Notes under the pieces: model-generated
Databases searched by the model: none
What the model was told of the DNA's origin: nothing
The model's input: only the letters and a program-made list of their open reading frames with translations
Shown: piece after piece, positions 1 through 50,328 of the stretch
Position numbering within the stretch: the first letter of the stretch is position 1
How the letters are laid out: each line of letters opens with the position of its first letter
Assembly (NCBI RefSeq): GCF_009834535.1
Contig: NC_045698.1
Coordinates: 312,001-376,000, forward strand
Direction of reading: 5' to 3'
Length of the DNA: 64,000 bases
DNA from: Camelus ferus
Lineage: Eukaryota
Position numbers and translations under genes: made by a program

Positions 1-720
1 AGGCACAACACACGATGAACAAGTAAGTGTACTTCAGAAATACAGGAATGGCTCGGCATTGTCTAGAATTGGTGGAAACCAGAATATACTTTAAAAATAG
101 AACCATGATCATCTTGGGTCCTGCTGGGTAGGAACTCTTGGGGTGACTGGTGGGATAATTCTGTCATGTCTGTAATTTTCTCGAAAGTGGTTTAGAAAAC
201 AGATGACATGTATGCATTTAAAATTACTTCACAGTATTAGAAAAGACAAAATGAAAGGGAAATAGACAAAAGACACAGAGAACTATTTCACAAAGATTAT
301 AAACGTCCTAAAATGAAACAAAACAGTCTTACGTGTCCTCTTCAGAGAAATGCAGATCAAACTGAATATTCCTGTTGCTTAGCAAGACAGCAGGGATTAG
401 GAACATTGCTACCACGTGGGGTTGAGGGCACGAGAAGAGAGACTCGTATTCGCTATAGAACTGTGAATCGGTACAGTGTTTGGAGACAGTTTGGAAACCA
501 TTATCGAGGTTTTAGCTGCATACTTTCTGACTGAGCAGTTCCACTTTTAGGAATTTCACCTAAAGGTAGATTCACTGCAGCATTTTTTGTAATTGCAGAA
601 TGTGAGAAATTTTAACTGTCTGTCAGAGTTGGTCAGTAACAGAGAATCCACATAATAAATGGATGTAGTCAGTTAAGATAAAATGTGTATGCACCAATAC
701 CTACACTGAGTGTAGCGTAA
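1..720 (+). mobile_element. Old LINE-1 fragments (ORF2/3' end, L1M-type) in an EXOC3 intron
   Basis: A-rich sequence with L1 hallmarks (agagaaatgcagatcaaa, cagttccacttttaggaatt, ttcactgcagcatt); subfamily not determined. Confidence 0.65.
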
Positions 721-890
721 ATCTCATGTAGTTAAAGTGTGTATTTGCAGAGTGTTACAGGAGTATTGCTGTCACAGTCGGAAGGAACGTCAGGCAGATG
801 CAGGAAGGTGGGCCCTGTGTGCCACCCTCCCGATGACTCAGTCACGTGGGGACAGTGTCCAGGGGTGTTTTCTGTGGTCTGTGCTTTCAG

Positions 891-1013
891 CAACATCTCA
901 GTGAGCTGATGACGAAGAAGTGGCTGTTAGGCTCGAACGCCGTGGACATCATCTGTGTCACCGTGGAAGACTATTTCAATGATTTTGCCAAAATTAAAAA
1001 GCCTTATAAAAAG
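891..1013 (+). CDS. EXOC3: EXOC3 coding exon (4th from last), 123 nt
   Basis: tttcag|CAACAT...AAAAAG|gtaaga; encodes QHLSELMTKKWLLGSNAVDIICVTVEDYFNDFAKIKKPYKK. Confidence 0.95.
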
Positions 1014-4000
1014 GTAAGAATGTGGGCACAGTCGTGTGGAGTCCAGCTGGCATCTTGTGTAGAGTTCAGTGTCACTAGTTCTTTGAAGTTCATGGGTGGT
1101 TTTATTAACCCAAGGCAGGTCAGAGAGGTCCGTGCCTGAAGATGAGAGAGAGGTGGAGGTGACAGGGCATCTAATAACCTCGCTGCCCCCGACACCCCAC
1201 TAAAGCCCACACTGACCTGGCTGCAGCCCCAGGATCCTGTGGGTGGTAAGGACCCTCCAAAGGAGGGTGGGGGCAGCGGCCGTGGCTCGGATCAGAGGCC
1301 TCTCCATGACCCTGCTCAGCCTACAACGAGGCTGCCGGCCTTTCTCCACCCGGCAGAGGCCTGGGAGCTCCTACCAGGCACAGGGGACACCCGGGGACCA
1401 TGTGTGGAAGCCGCCTTGGCTGCCTGTCTCCCAAGGTCCTGTTCCCGGCCCATGCTTAGATGGCTTTTCCTGGGGTGTTGGGGGTGTTCTCAGAGCCATG
1501 TGTAATTCTGCTGTCTTTGCTTTAAAGTCAGGCTTTCTGTGTGATGCTGGTTTATGGAAGTGAGTGGTATTGGTATATGGAGAACTTTGTGAAACTTTCT
1601 CGCTGCCCCAGGACGTGTCTCCAGACCCCTTCAGTTCCCCCGTGGACAGTGGTTTCATCCTCTGGTTCTTACATGCCCGTGTGTGCTCTTCGTCCTGCAG
1701 CCCTGGCTTTGTCTGACTTTGACTCGTAATCTTAAAGGAGATTCCTCCAGCCCATCCCCCGGTGGTCCCTGTACAACTGTCAGGGAACCTTTGGTGGTTT
1801 AGAGGTCGGTGGGGCCAGCTCTGGTCAGTTTTGAACTTCCTGTTGCTTGTACAACTTTTGGTTCCACCTTTTATTTTTAGATACTGTGGACTGGGATTTA
1901 GTAGTTGGTGTCTGATGTGCCTCTGTGTGTCGTCCTTGGGCTTGGGCTTGTGGGCTCAGCCAGCCCCCAGCCTGGGCGGCTGCCTTGGCACACACGGCCC
2001 TTCGCCTGGCTCAGCTACGGGTCCCTGCAGCTGCTGGGTGCCGTCTCCCCTTGCCTCGCGTAGAATGCCCCAACTCAGTGCAGGGAGCAGAACCTCTCAG
2101 CCTCCCCGCAGACCCGACTCCTGGGCTCTGGGCTCCAGTGCCTCATGTCACATCCTCATAGCTGTGCTGCCATGTTTGGGGTGACTGCCCAGGTCCATCT
2201 TCCACTAAGGGTGGGCTCCCCAGAGGAGCGTGGTCTTCTCTGAAGCTGACCTCCACACGTGGGCTCAGGATTCATCTTCCCTGAAGCGCCTGTCCTACCA
2301 CATCCAGAGGCTGGCAGCTGGTCAGCCTTCCATGCACGAGGTGCAGTGTGTGCTTCCTGCGCATTAGGCCTGTGCGCCCTTCCACCTGTGAGGGGCAGAG
2401 CGGGGGCCTGGCCCAGGTCCCGACTTCTCCCACTGAACCCACACTCCGTCCTGGGGGTAGGAAGCTCAGAGACGCGTACAGGACGGCAGAGCGAGGAGGA
2501 GTAGACCCGAATCCCTCCGGGCGGCCCGTGAGCACCTGGATGGGTCTCTGCAAAGCAGGTGCCGTGCCAGCGCCCACTCCTCACATGTGGCGGGAAGCCG
2601 TCCCGCAGTGAGTCTGAGGGTGACGCGTTGGTGAGGCTGCCAGCCGGCGTCCTTCTGGGAGCGTGATCCTGCTGGCTTTCTGGAACGGACACACACATCT
2701 CTGCGTGAAGCAGGACCAGTGGGCACCACCCCGTGAGGCTCGTGGCCAGCCAGTGCGTTTGCCTGTGTTGCAGTCACAACCATTTCCACCTTCCTTTCAG
2801 CATTTACTTTACGGAAATACAGTGAATGCTGCTGGGATTTTCTAAAACGGCGATCATAATAAAATCACAGACGTGCTTGTTTTGCTTGATTTGTTCACTC
2901 TGAACCGTGTGTCGATGACAAGCGGGAAGGACACGCTGCCTGGTCACGTTGGCTTCTGCCTGACTTAGTGCCCAAGTCTGACCGTGTGTTTGCCCCTCAG
3001 AGGATGATCGCCGAGGCGCACCGGCGTGTGGTGGTGGAGTACCTCCGGGCCGTCATGCAGAAGCGCATCTCATTCCGGAGCGCTGACGAGCGCAAGGAGG
3101 GTGCCGAGAGGATGGTCCGCGAGGCCGAGCAGCTGCGCTTCCTGTTCCGGAAGCTGGCGTCTGTGAGTGCCGCCCGCCCGCTGCCCATCTCAGGCCCTGG
3201 CCAAGTCAGGGCAGTCCCGCCGCCTGTCGGTTTCCATCCTTAGGACCTTTTGGGCCAGTCAGTCAGGATCAGTCACGTCAGGAACCAGCTCACCTGTTGG
3301 TTTCTTATTCTGTAAACTGACCCTGTGGTTGAGGGCCAGGCACTGGGGACGGCGGCTCATGAGAGGTGCCTGGCACATCCTGAGCTGCGGGGCTGACTGC
3401 AGGGCCCAGTCACAGGCCAGGGTGCTCCCACCCATCTCCCCACCCCATCTCTGCTGGGTCCTCCCGCGAGTGCATCCTGAGGTGTTTCCCTGAAAGAGGT
3501 GGGTGCCAGGCTTGCCGGCTAGGTGGCCTCGGCCGGAGAGGGTGTGACAGAGACTTGGGCATGTGTTGTGCTGAGCATGTCCATGCCCTGTCTTGCAGGG
3601 GTCTGGGGAGGATGTGGATGGGTACTGTGACACCATCATCGCCGTTGCAGAAGTCATCAAGCTCACGGACCCTTCTCTGCTCTACCTGGAGGTCTCAACT
3701 CTGGTCAGCAAGTACCCAGATATCAGGTATGGTGGGGCCCTTTCCGAGATCATGGGGAGGAGGGAGAGCCTCAGGCAGTAGGTGTGAGCCTGGTGGGGTG
3801 AGTGTGGCATGTCTGGGCTCCTGCAGGGACCAGCGTGCAGATGCAGTGTGGGTGGAGTGGGCCTGGGACACAGTAATGGTGCAGCTGAGCCGAGGTTCTC
3901 ACACCTCCTGGTGTCGGACGGAGCCAGCGTCACCGGGCTAGTGCACTGGGGGGAAGCCAGCAGAGCAGAGTGGTTTCGGGAGGCTCACCTTGTGCTGCGC

Positions 4001-4559
4001 TTGAGGTGGATTCAGAGATGGAAGCCAGGGCCCCTCCGTGTTGGGGGTAAGGAGGGAAGGGCTGTAGGCTTGCTGGCTCCCCACTGCCTCAGCCGGCCCT
4101 CTCTCTCTGCCATTGCTCTGGGCTCGTGTTAGTGGAGAGAACTGGTGGCTGTGTGCCTTCCAGGTCCTCCCGCCCTAACTAGGCCATCCATTCAGCAAAC
4201 ATTCAGAGAAGCAACGCTAAAAACCTGTGCAGTTGTAGACTGAAAGAAAGACCAGGGTAAGATGGAAACTCAGTCTTTAGTGCCCCTGGTGTGACAGGGG
4301 AGACGCCTTTTCTGGAGCCCTCGGTGGGGGACTAGAGTCAGCTTGGGCTGAGAGGCTGCAGGTGCACCCCTGACGGCCCTTCCCCAGGGACGAACACATC
4401 GGTGCCCTGCTGGCCATGCGTGGGGACGCCAGCCGGGACATGAAGCAGACCATCATCGAGACGCTGGAGCAGGGCCCGGCCCAGGCGAGCACAGACTACG
4501 TGCCCATCTTCAAGGACATCGTGGTTCCCAGCCTGAATGTGGCCAAGCTCCTCAAGTAG
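891..4559 (+). CDS. EXOC3: EXOC3 (exocyst complex component 3, Sec6), 3' part: join(891..1013,3001..3162,3599..3726,4388..4559); 5' exons lie left of the window
   Basis: Four AG/GT-bounded exons splice in frame to ...QHLSELMTKKWLLGSNAVDIICVTVEDYFNDF...RMIAEAHRRVVVEYLRAVMQKRISF...EVIKLTDPSLLYLEVSTLVSKYPDIR...VPSLNVAKLLK-stop. This is the recognisable EXOC3 C-terminus, and EXOC3-SLC9A3 tail-to-tail synteny is known in mammals. Confidence 0.96.
3001..3162 (+). CDS. EXOC3: EXOC3 coding exon (3rd from last), 162 nt
   Basis: cctcag|AGGATG...GCGTCT|gtgagt; encodes RMIAEAHRRVVVEYLRAVMQKRISFRSADERKEGAERMVREAEQLRFLFRKLAS. Confidence 0.95.
3599..3726 (+). CDS. EXOC3: EXOC3 penultimate coding exon, 128 nt
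   Basis: ttgcag|GGGTCT...ATCAG|gtatgg; encodes GSGEDVDGYCDTIIAVAEVIKLTDPSLLYLEVSTLVSKYPDI(R). Confidence 0.95.
4388..4559 (+). CDS. EXOC3: EXOC3 last coding exon to stop TAG
   Basis: ccccag|G GAC GAA CAC...CTC AAG TAG; encodes DEHIGALLAMRGDASRDMKQTIIETLEQGPAQASTDYVPIFKDIVVPSLNVAKLLK*; phase matches the upstream exon. Confidence 0.95.
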
Positions 4560-4666
4560 CCAGTTCTGACCCACCTTGGGTGTCGTCCGGGGCAGCCCAG
4601 TGAGCAGGGCTCGGGGTGGAATGCCCTCCTCACCTCTGCACTGTGCACACACGTCCGAAACTGCTC

Positions 4667-4672
4667 AATAAA
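4667..4672 (+). terminator. Probable EXOC3 polyadenylation signal AATAAA
   Basis: AATAAA about 110 nt after the EXOC3 stop, followed by AGTAAA and a T-rich downstream element (gtctcattttaggtcttcttctt). Confidence 0.7.
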
Positions 4673-5785
4673 GAGTAAACTGCAGGGAAACAAGGATGTC
4701 TCATTTTAGGTCTTCTTCTTGGCCATGGTTCTGTGACACCCAGAAGCTGCTTTAGGTTGTCAAGACGCATGACCTCTGCCAGGGCCCCGCCTGGGGCCCC
4801 CACGTGCCCCTAGAGTTGCAGCCTCTCTTCTGCCCCCCTTGCCTTCTGGGGTCGGCTGGGGTCTGGCGGCCCCCCCGACTCCACGGGGCAGACCTGGCAT
4901 GGGCGGTGTGGCGGGTGACCCTTGAGCGCCAGGCCTGTGAAAGCGGACATGGATGCAGACGTTTGGTGCGTGTTTCAGGTTCTGCGAGCTGCTGTTCCTG
5001 ACAGTCCCTGAGCCTCCTTTTCTGTCCCTACACAGCCTCTGCCTCATTTTTCAAATCAGTCGTTACTTTTACACTAAGTTAATTGCAAGGCTGCTTCTGG
5101 AGTAAATGTGAGCCCTCCTGGCTCCGGCTGGACAGCTTTGCTCCGCCGGGCTGGGCCTGGGTTGGCGCACGTTGACGGCTCTGGCTGAGGGGTGGAGGAG
5201 CTCGCCCCGCTGCTCCTCCGGCAGGTGCCCTGCATCCTGGTTTCAGGAGGGAGAGGCGTCCGTGGTGGACGTGCCGTGTCCTGCCTTCCCCTGTGGGATG
5301 TGTGTGCGGTGTTGATGCTGGGTGAATGCTGTGCTCTTATTTCACCCTCAGTAGTTGTGAACATTTCCCAGGCAGGACTTCCTGCCTCCTCCACCGGCCT
5401 TGTCTTGAGCCTGCAGAGGTCCGTGCCTTTCCTCCCAGGCTCTAGACCCCGCTGTCTTGGCCCACTTTTTTTCAGCCCCGGGCCCACCTGCTTTGGGCCA
5501 CTCGGGTGTGGCAGGAGCTTGATCCTCCCACTCTGGCTGGGTGGGGCCTGCCCCTGTGTGCAGTGAGTGGTGTGTGTCCACTGCCTCTACTGGGGAGGGA
5601 CCAGTTCCCAGGGCCCAGAAGCCTCTTTGTGCAGTCAAGGGGCTGTCACGCGTGCGTGCGCGCACATCCAAGGCAATCTCAGCGCCAGGATGCTGTCTGC
5701 ATGCAGGAGATGGCTCCTTAAATCCTCCTTGATATGATTTCTCACTTAGAAACAAAGTTTTCACCCCAAAATGCCTTAAAACATT

Positions 5786-5791
5786 TTTAAT
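5786..5791 (-). terminator. Candidate SLC9A3 polyadenylation signal ATTAAA
   Basis: TTTAAT on + equals ATTAAA on -, in an AT-rich block and followed on - by T/GT-rich sequence (GGGGTGAAAACTTTGTTTCT). It would give a ~2.8-kb 3' UTR. Inference only. Confidence 0.4.
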
Positions 5792-8595
5792 AGGCTTTAT
5801 CAAGCAGTCCTTGTAGGGTCTGTGGTGGCCCCCTGCCCGGACACTGCCAATAGCAAGTGGGGCAGCTCTTTAAGGCACGTTGATTGTGATTAGGGTTACA
5901 CAGTCTGACTAGATTACATTCACAGAATTAGCATCCACAATTTTCACCCCTCCTAACTTGAAATACATTTCAGTGAAGTTCCTCAAGTCTCCTTTCACAA
6001 TAGAAGACCAACAGCACAGTTATGTGAGCACTGTTACAAAATTATTTTCAAGAAAATACGGACGTGAGAAATGACTCCTAAATTTGTGTCTACCACAAAG
6101 TAGGCCAAAGTTCAGTATTAAATAAATAGGAATTCTTTCCTAATAAAAGAATTGATAATGGTTTTCCTAAGGAAATACATTCATAAGACTTTGTTTACAT
6201 TGTTTTACAATGCCATGAAACGTATCCACAGCACTAGGGTTTATAACACTGTCACCAGACCAGTCTCAAGCCGAAATGGCCTGGAACCTCCGTTCAGGTA
6301 TCTGTACTTCGCTGTGCAGGTCAACAAACAGGAAACCTGCCCACCCACCACAGAGGACACCGGCCACAGAACTGGCCCAGGAGAGGTTTGTCACCTGGCG
6401 GTTTAGTATCTGCAGCATCCAGGAACCGCCCCGAAGCCGCTTTCCCCGGCTCAGCCTCCGGCCCTGCAGCGGTGAATCAGCCAGCGGTCCAGGGAGTTGT
6501 TAAGGCAGCTGGAGGTGCTGGACCAGCCAGGCTGTGGACTCTGGACGACCCACTCCCACCGAGTGTAGGCAGAGCTTGTACCTTCCTCCAGGTTTTGTTG
6601 GGCAGACAATGGCTGGATTTTGTGCTCACGGGGTTGCTCAAAGTGGATGTGGGTGTGGGGAACAAGCCCTGGAAAGCACATGTCCCTCCTGTAGTGTGAC
6701 GACCGGGCCAGTGGTTCCAGGAGAGAGCAGATGCGCCATCAGCCTACAGAGCTGACTGGGTGAACACTGCGCCTTCCCTGCTGTCTAGTGTTTTTCTCAA
6801 CAGCAAAGTGTAAACTTCCCATAAGAGATCGATGTGCAGCTCTGAAACCACAAACTGCTTGTAATCCTCGCCTGTGACGCAGTGAGAACGCACATCGTGG
6901 GAACGTGGTCTCAGCACAGCATGGACGGTTCCCTGAGCAGGGCTGAGCCTGGCTTTAGAGATGCTTCTACGAGTCCACTGTCCCTTTACTGCCCCACAAG
7001 CCCTCGTCTGAGGAGGTGAGGGCCACCTCCCTGCGTCACTGCACAGTGCCTTACCTCCCCCCTCCAGAGGACTGGGGGCTCTGTCCAAGTCCCCGTGGCC
7101 CCCCAGCAGTGGTGAGATGCCTGAGCAACCATCCGGCCCGGGTCCATTGAAAGACCTGCTGAGATTCTAAACAAGACTGCTGAGCAGAGGCCTCACCCAC
7201 TCTGCTGGGGCTGTGTGGGCACACCCATGCAGCTGGCACAACCCCCTACCCATCCTGGGCCATCTGCCAGTGTCAGGTAGGACCACTCAGGCCAGATACC
7301 AGGTGTCTGGGGACAGGACAGCACCCAATGCCCAGAGGTCACCACACCAAGACTAGGGTGTGCAGGACAAGCCCTGGGGCTGGGCATCTCAGCACAAAAA
7401 GGATGCTCAAACAGGATGTTCCTGCAGTTGCACCTGTAGCCCATGTGACAGGTGGCTGAAAGGCCTGGTGAGTGGACATGAAGATACCCCACACCCCGCC
7501 CTATGGGGGGGGGGGGCTGTTGCCCTCCCTGGGTGCTTGGAGAGAGGCCAGCCTTGGTCTGGAATCCTGGGTTGGTATCACACTAGGTAAATCTCATTTT
7601 GTTTGGGTCTCAGTTTCCCCAGCACTGCTGATGAAAATGGACACGAGGTGGCAAGAACTCAAGCAGAGAATATCCCTGAGTCAGGATGACAATGGAAACA
7701 GTAACACACAAGTGCCAGCTCAGTTCAAATACAGGACAGGTGGATAGAGGGACCACAGTGGAGTCTCCTGGCAAGAATGCCCGCACTCAAAAGGTGGAGG
7801 AGGCACATGGCCCACTCCCTGGCCCAGAGGGGCCTCTCCATACGGACCCCAAGGAATTCGGAGATTCCAGGCCTTGCAGCACATTTGGTCCCCTGAGAGT
7901 CCGGCTCCTGTCCATCCGAGCACTCACCTGGATGGGTGAGTGCCCAGGGCTACTCCAGGCCACCGGAAGACTCCTGGGGAGTGAGGCCATGGAGGGGATG
8001 ACTCCAGGCAATGACCCAGGGATGACCATGAAGGGATGACCCCAGGTGGGCCCACCCGTGGCGGGTGGAGACCCCTGAGGGCGAGGTCGTGGCGGGGCAT
8101 TCTGGGGCAGAGAGAGGTCATGTGTGCAAACCCAGGGTGGGGGTATGCATGGTGGGGTGGAGACTCCTGGGAGGCGAGACACTCCCGGGGCGAGGTCGTG
8201 GGTGCAGAGCACGGATGGGCTGCCGTCACAGCGGCGTCTCCTCCTGCTCCAGCGCGTGCGGCGGCGCGTGGCACGACGGCTGCAGCGACGCGAGCTTGAG
8301 CAGTGCGGGGCGGCGGCGCGCGCGGGGCCGCTGGAACGAGCGCCGGCTGTGCACGCGCCGCGCTGCCGCCGACCGCGCGTGCGCGCCCATCAGCCCGCGG
8401 CGCTCTGGCCCCGCCCCCGGCTCGGGGTCGGACGGCGCGGCGGGGACGGGGCTTCGGGCGGTGGGCGGCACCTGTGCGGTGCTGGGCGGGGCCGGTAAGG
8501 GGCTGGGCGGGGCTGGGCTTGGGGCACGCACGCGCGGGGGCTTCTCGGTGGCGGGTGGGGCCTCCCGTCCGGTCAGCGGGGCGTCCGAGCCAGTG

Positions 8596-47081
<38,486 letters not shown>

Positions 47082-47093
47082 CGCCACCACCGT

Positions 47094-47117
47094 TCAGCGC
47101 CCTGTCCCGACGTTCAT
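47094..47117 (-). other. Upstream ORF (MNVGTGR*) in the SLC9A3 5' UTR
   Basis: ATG AAC GTC GGG ACA GGG CGC TGA on -, ending 12 nt before the main ATG; it is the only upstream ATG between the putative TATA element and the CDS. Confidence 0.75.
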
Positions 47118-47234
47118 GTCGCGTGAGCCTTGCTGCGCTCGGCGGGACGCGCTGCGCCGGGGCCGCTGGATGCGCGGGGCCGACGAGACCAGCGTTGGGC
47201 GGCGCGGAGCCGAGCACGCTCTGGGTGCGGGCTG

Positions 47235-47340
47235 CTGTCCCGGTCCCCGCCCGCCTGGGTGGCCTTTAATCCGGCGGCCCCCTCCCGCCCCGGGGTGGGG
47301 CGGGGCCTTCCCACCCCCCACCCCCCACCCCCCCGCGCCG
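47235..47340 (-). promoter_or_regulatory. SLC9A3 core promoter: atypical TATA-like ATTAAA (47265-47270), GC boxes (47284-47291, 47297-47305) and G-run/CACCC tract (47310-47334)
   Basis: An isolated ATTAAA lies in a CpG island ~185 nt upstream of the ATG, directly preceded by Sp1/KLF-type boxes. This fits the atypical-TATA, Sp1/Sp3-driven NHE3 promoter as I recall it from rodents. Confidence 0.7.
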
Positions 47341-48479
47341 CGCACACGCGAGCACAGAGTCGCACGCTTTCGGCACGCCCGCCCGGCCTTCAGCGCACGC
47401 CCATCCGTGCTGGCCGGGCCCCTAGCCTCAACTCCCACCGCCGCGCCCCGCGAGACCCTTATCCTCTACCCCCACTGGCCTGCTCGCTCCCCGCCCTTCC
47501 CCCGCGCCCTCCCTCTGGCCAGGTCCTGGACCCTGGGCTGGAGGGCGCAGGCTGGCGACCGCCTCCCTTGGGGGCGGAGTACAGCGCTGGGGGCAGGAGT
47601 GCGGGTGGCGAGCAGGGCGGGGGTCCCTGCGGGCTCCGGTGCCTCGGGCGCCCCTCAGTGGCCTTCGCTCAGCTCCTGAGTTGCCTGGAGTAGCTGTGGG
47701 CACGCTCACCCGGCGGCGCTCCTTACCCCTAAACACAGGACTGGGGCTGTGCAGACCCAGCTAAGGGCGAGAGTCAGAAGGGGGCCTGGCCTTAAGCCTC
47801 CTGCTGCCTTCAGCCCGAATCTGCATTTCATGACAGGATTAACCACCTGTTGGAAACCAGGGCCTCCCCTCCTGAACCTTGGGTGGTACAGCATCTTGGT
47901 CCCTCTGCCCTCCCCAACCCAGGATTGCCCCCGTTGCTTCCTGAGGGACCCCTCTGCTCTGACCTGGGAGCCCCAAGTAGACCTCCAGCAGCACCCGTAG
48001 ACCTCCAGCATGGGGACACCTGTGCCCTTCCTCCCGGAGGGCTTGGCCCCAAGTCATGCCCAGGCCTCAACCCTTCTTGCCAGTGCTGCTGACTGAGTGG
48101 ACCACCCGGGCACCCTGGACTCTATAAGGCAAACACATCCTTCATCCCAGCCCCCAAACCCACCCTGCGTTCTGGGCAGCATCTCTGTCAGCTGTGCCTC
48201 CCCAAACCTAGGAGGCAGGCCCCTGAGTCCGGTCTCTCAGAGTACCTGTCTGCCCTCCCTTCAGGACAGATGAGCCTCGCCTCTGCCCAAAGCCTGCTGC
48301 CCACCCCCTTCACCTGCCCGGGCTGCCCCCACAGACCCTCCAAATTAGAGGGAAGCCAAGCCCTCCCAGGACGCAGGCCCCTCCCTGACCTCCGAGCCTC
48401 CTTTTGGGAACCTCTGCTTTCTACCCTCAGCTCCCGAGGAGTTCGCTCTCATGTACCCTCCCCTCCTCCATGCCTCCAC

Positions 48480-48695
48480 TGGATTTATTTTCTGGTTGAC
48501 TGCTGCCTCCATGGGAGCATCTGCTCCGTGAGTGAGGTGCTCCACAAAGCCCATGAGGCTCATGGCCGCATCCCCAGCTCCCGACACACTGCCCGGCACC
48601 CAGAGCACTCAGGAGATACTGGCTGGGGGGGTGGACAGACGGATGGACAGATGGGTGGGTGGGCAGGTGGTGAGTGAGTGGGTAGGTGGATGGGT
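48480..48695 (+). mobile_element. LINE-2 3' end with (GGAT/GGGT)n tail
   Basis: gcatccccagctcccgacacactgcccggcacccagagcactcag...tggatggacagatgggtgg. Confidence 0.55.
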
Positions 48696-49952
48696 GCATC
48701 TCCTAACAGCTGTCTGTGTTGGGGTCCCATGAGGCTGGAGCAGTATGACTGTTCCTCGGGTTTGCTCCCCAGTTTCTTGCTGATGGGAGTGACCATCTGG
48801 CATAGTGGAGGGCACGGGTTCAAGTCGGGTTCCGCTGGGCCTCCAGCCTCAAGCGTTGTTGCGAGCACCAGGGTCAGGGGTGGGGGAGGCCACCAGGGAT
48901 GTGGCCTGGTGCCGTGGTCCATGCTGGGCTCAGCCTGTGTCCAGGTTTCTGCCCCAGCCCCATTCTCAGCCTCCAGTCCTGGAGACAGAGTCAGCGCAAC
49001 AAGAGCAGGGTTACCTCCAGCTCAGCACAGGGCTCCTGGGTGGAGCCTTTAGGAAGAGTGGCCTCTTTGAAGACTGTGCCCTTGCATTCCACAGGAAGGC
49101 CACGTTCCCACCAGAACGGCGTGTACTGGGGCACCCAGTGACCCTCCGGTCACATCACCCTTGGGGATTCTCACCAAGAACCTGTCCTGAGAACTCCCAG
49201 CATTTCTCCCTAGAGGAGCTGCTTCCGGGACCCAAGAGGCAGTTCAGAGGGCAGAAGAGCAGAGCGTCATCGTGTGTGCTTACGGATTCAGAAGGAATGC
49301 TGACATCACCATTGGCCACTGGGCGGTGTGCTGCAATGGTGAGCACGGGATGCCCAATGGACAGTCAAGGGCATGGTGAGGGCCTGGGGTGACCTCGCAG
49401 GGCAGGCATTGCTCCTCCAGCAGGACCTGTGGGCGTTTGTGGGCTGACTGCCTCTCCGGGCAGATGGTGTTGGAGAATGATGTGGTTGTGAGGGTACCTG
49501 CTGCCCCGACCAGCCTGGTCAGCTTAGGGGTGTGATGTGCACTGTCTCCTCCCCCCTGACACCCACGGCCCTCGACCCACTTCTCCACAGGGTCACCCCA
49601 TGTGGATTGGGGCCATGGGCGGGGGCAGCCTCCACGACCTCCTTGTCTCTAACTGGAATGTGGTTTGGCAGGGCTGCAGCACCCTCTACTCCAGAGATAC
49701 CAATGTGCACCTGCAAGACTTAAGAACAGCGCCCCCTGGAGTTGTGCTCCCTCCATGGCTGGGGACCAGATGTGCCCAGAGGGCTGACTGTGCTTGGGGA
49801 GGTGTGGGGGGCATCTTGGGGAGTGTCCTCTGGACTCTGCAGGAGTGTGATGGTCTGAAAACAGCCCCTCTCTTGCCACCACCGGGCCGCCCCGAGCCTC
49901 CCCAACCTGGTCCCGCCCCGTGGGTGGCCCGTGGGTTTGTGGGCACACACGC

Positions 49953-50328
49953 TGTCTCGGTCTGCTTGTGCGGCCAGGACAAAGTGGCAGACTTGAAGCT
50001 TAGACGGCAGACCTATTTCCTCACAGAGCTGGAGGCTGCAAGTCCGAGATCAAAGCTGGACAGGGTTGGTTCCGCTTCCGGCGAGAGCCTCTTCCTGGCT
50101 TCCAGTCGCTGCCGTCTCCTCAGGCAGCCTTTCCTCAGAGCACAGGCAGGAGGGGAGAGATCTCTCTCCTCCTCTTCTTACAAGGCCGCGGATCCTATTG
50201 GCTAGGGCCCCACTCTCGTGCCCTCATTCAGCCCAACTGCCTCCTAACCCCACCACCTCCAAACCCTACCACAGGCCGGGGGGAGCCTCAGCACAGGAGT
50301 TCCGGGGGACACGGTTCAGTCCATGACA
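49953..50328 (-). mobile_element. MLT1-family (ERVL-MaLR) solo LTR
   Basis: ctcacagagctggaggctgcaagtccgagatcaaag...ctcttcttacaagg...tattggctagggcccca...gggggacacggttcagtccatgaca; TG...CA ends. Confidence 0.85.

Noticed and set aside
7975..8050. Short GGATGAC(C) repeats; also (GGTGCCCCA)n near 45805-45845
   Set aside because: Few, degenerate and irregularly spaced; ordinary slippage repeats, not an array with spacers
47082..47090. ORF-track start at 47090 for NHE3
   Set aside because: That codon is GTG; the ATG at 47081 has a good context and matches the NHE3 N-terminus
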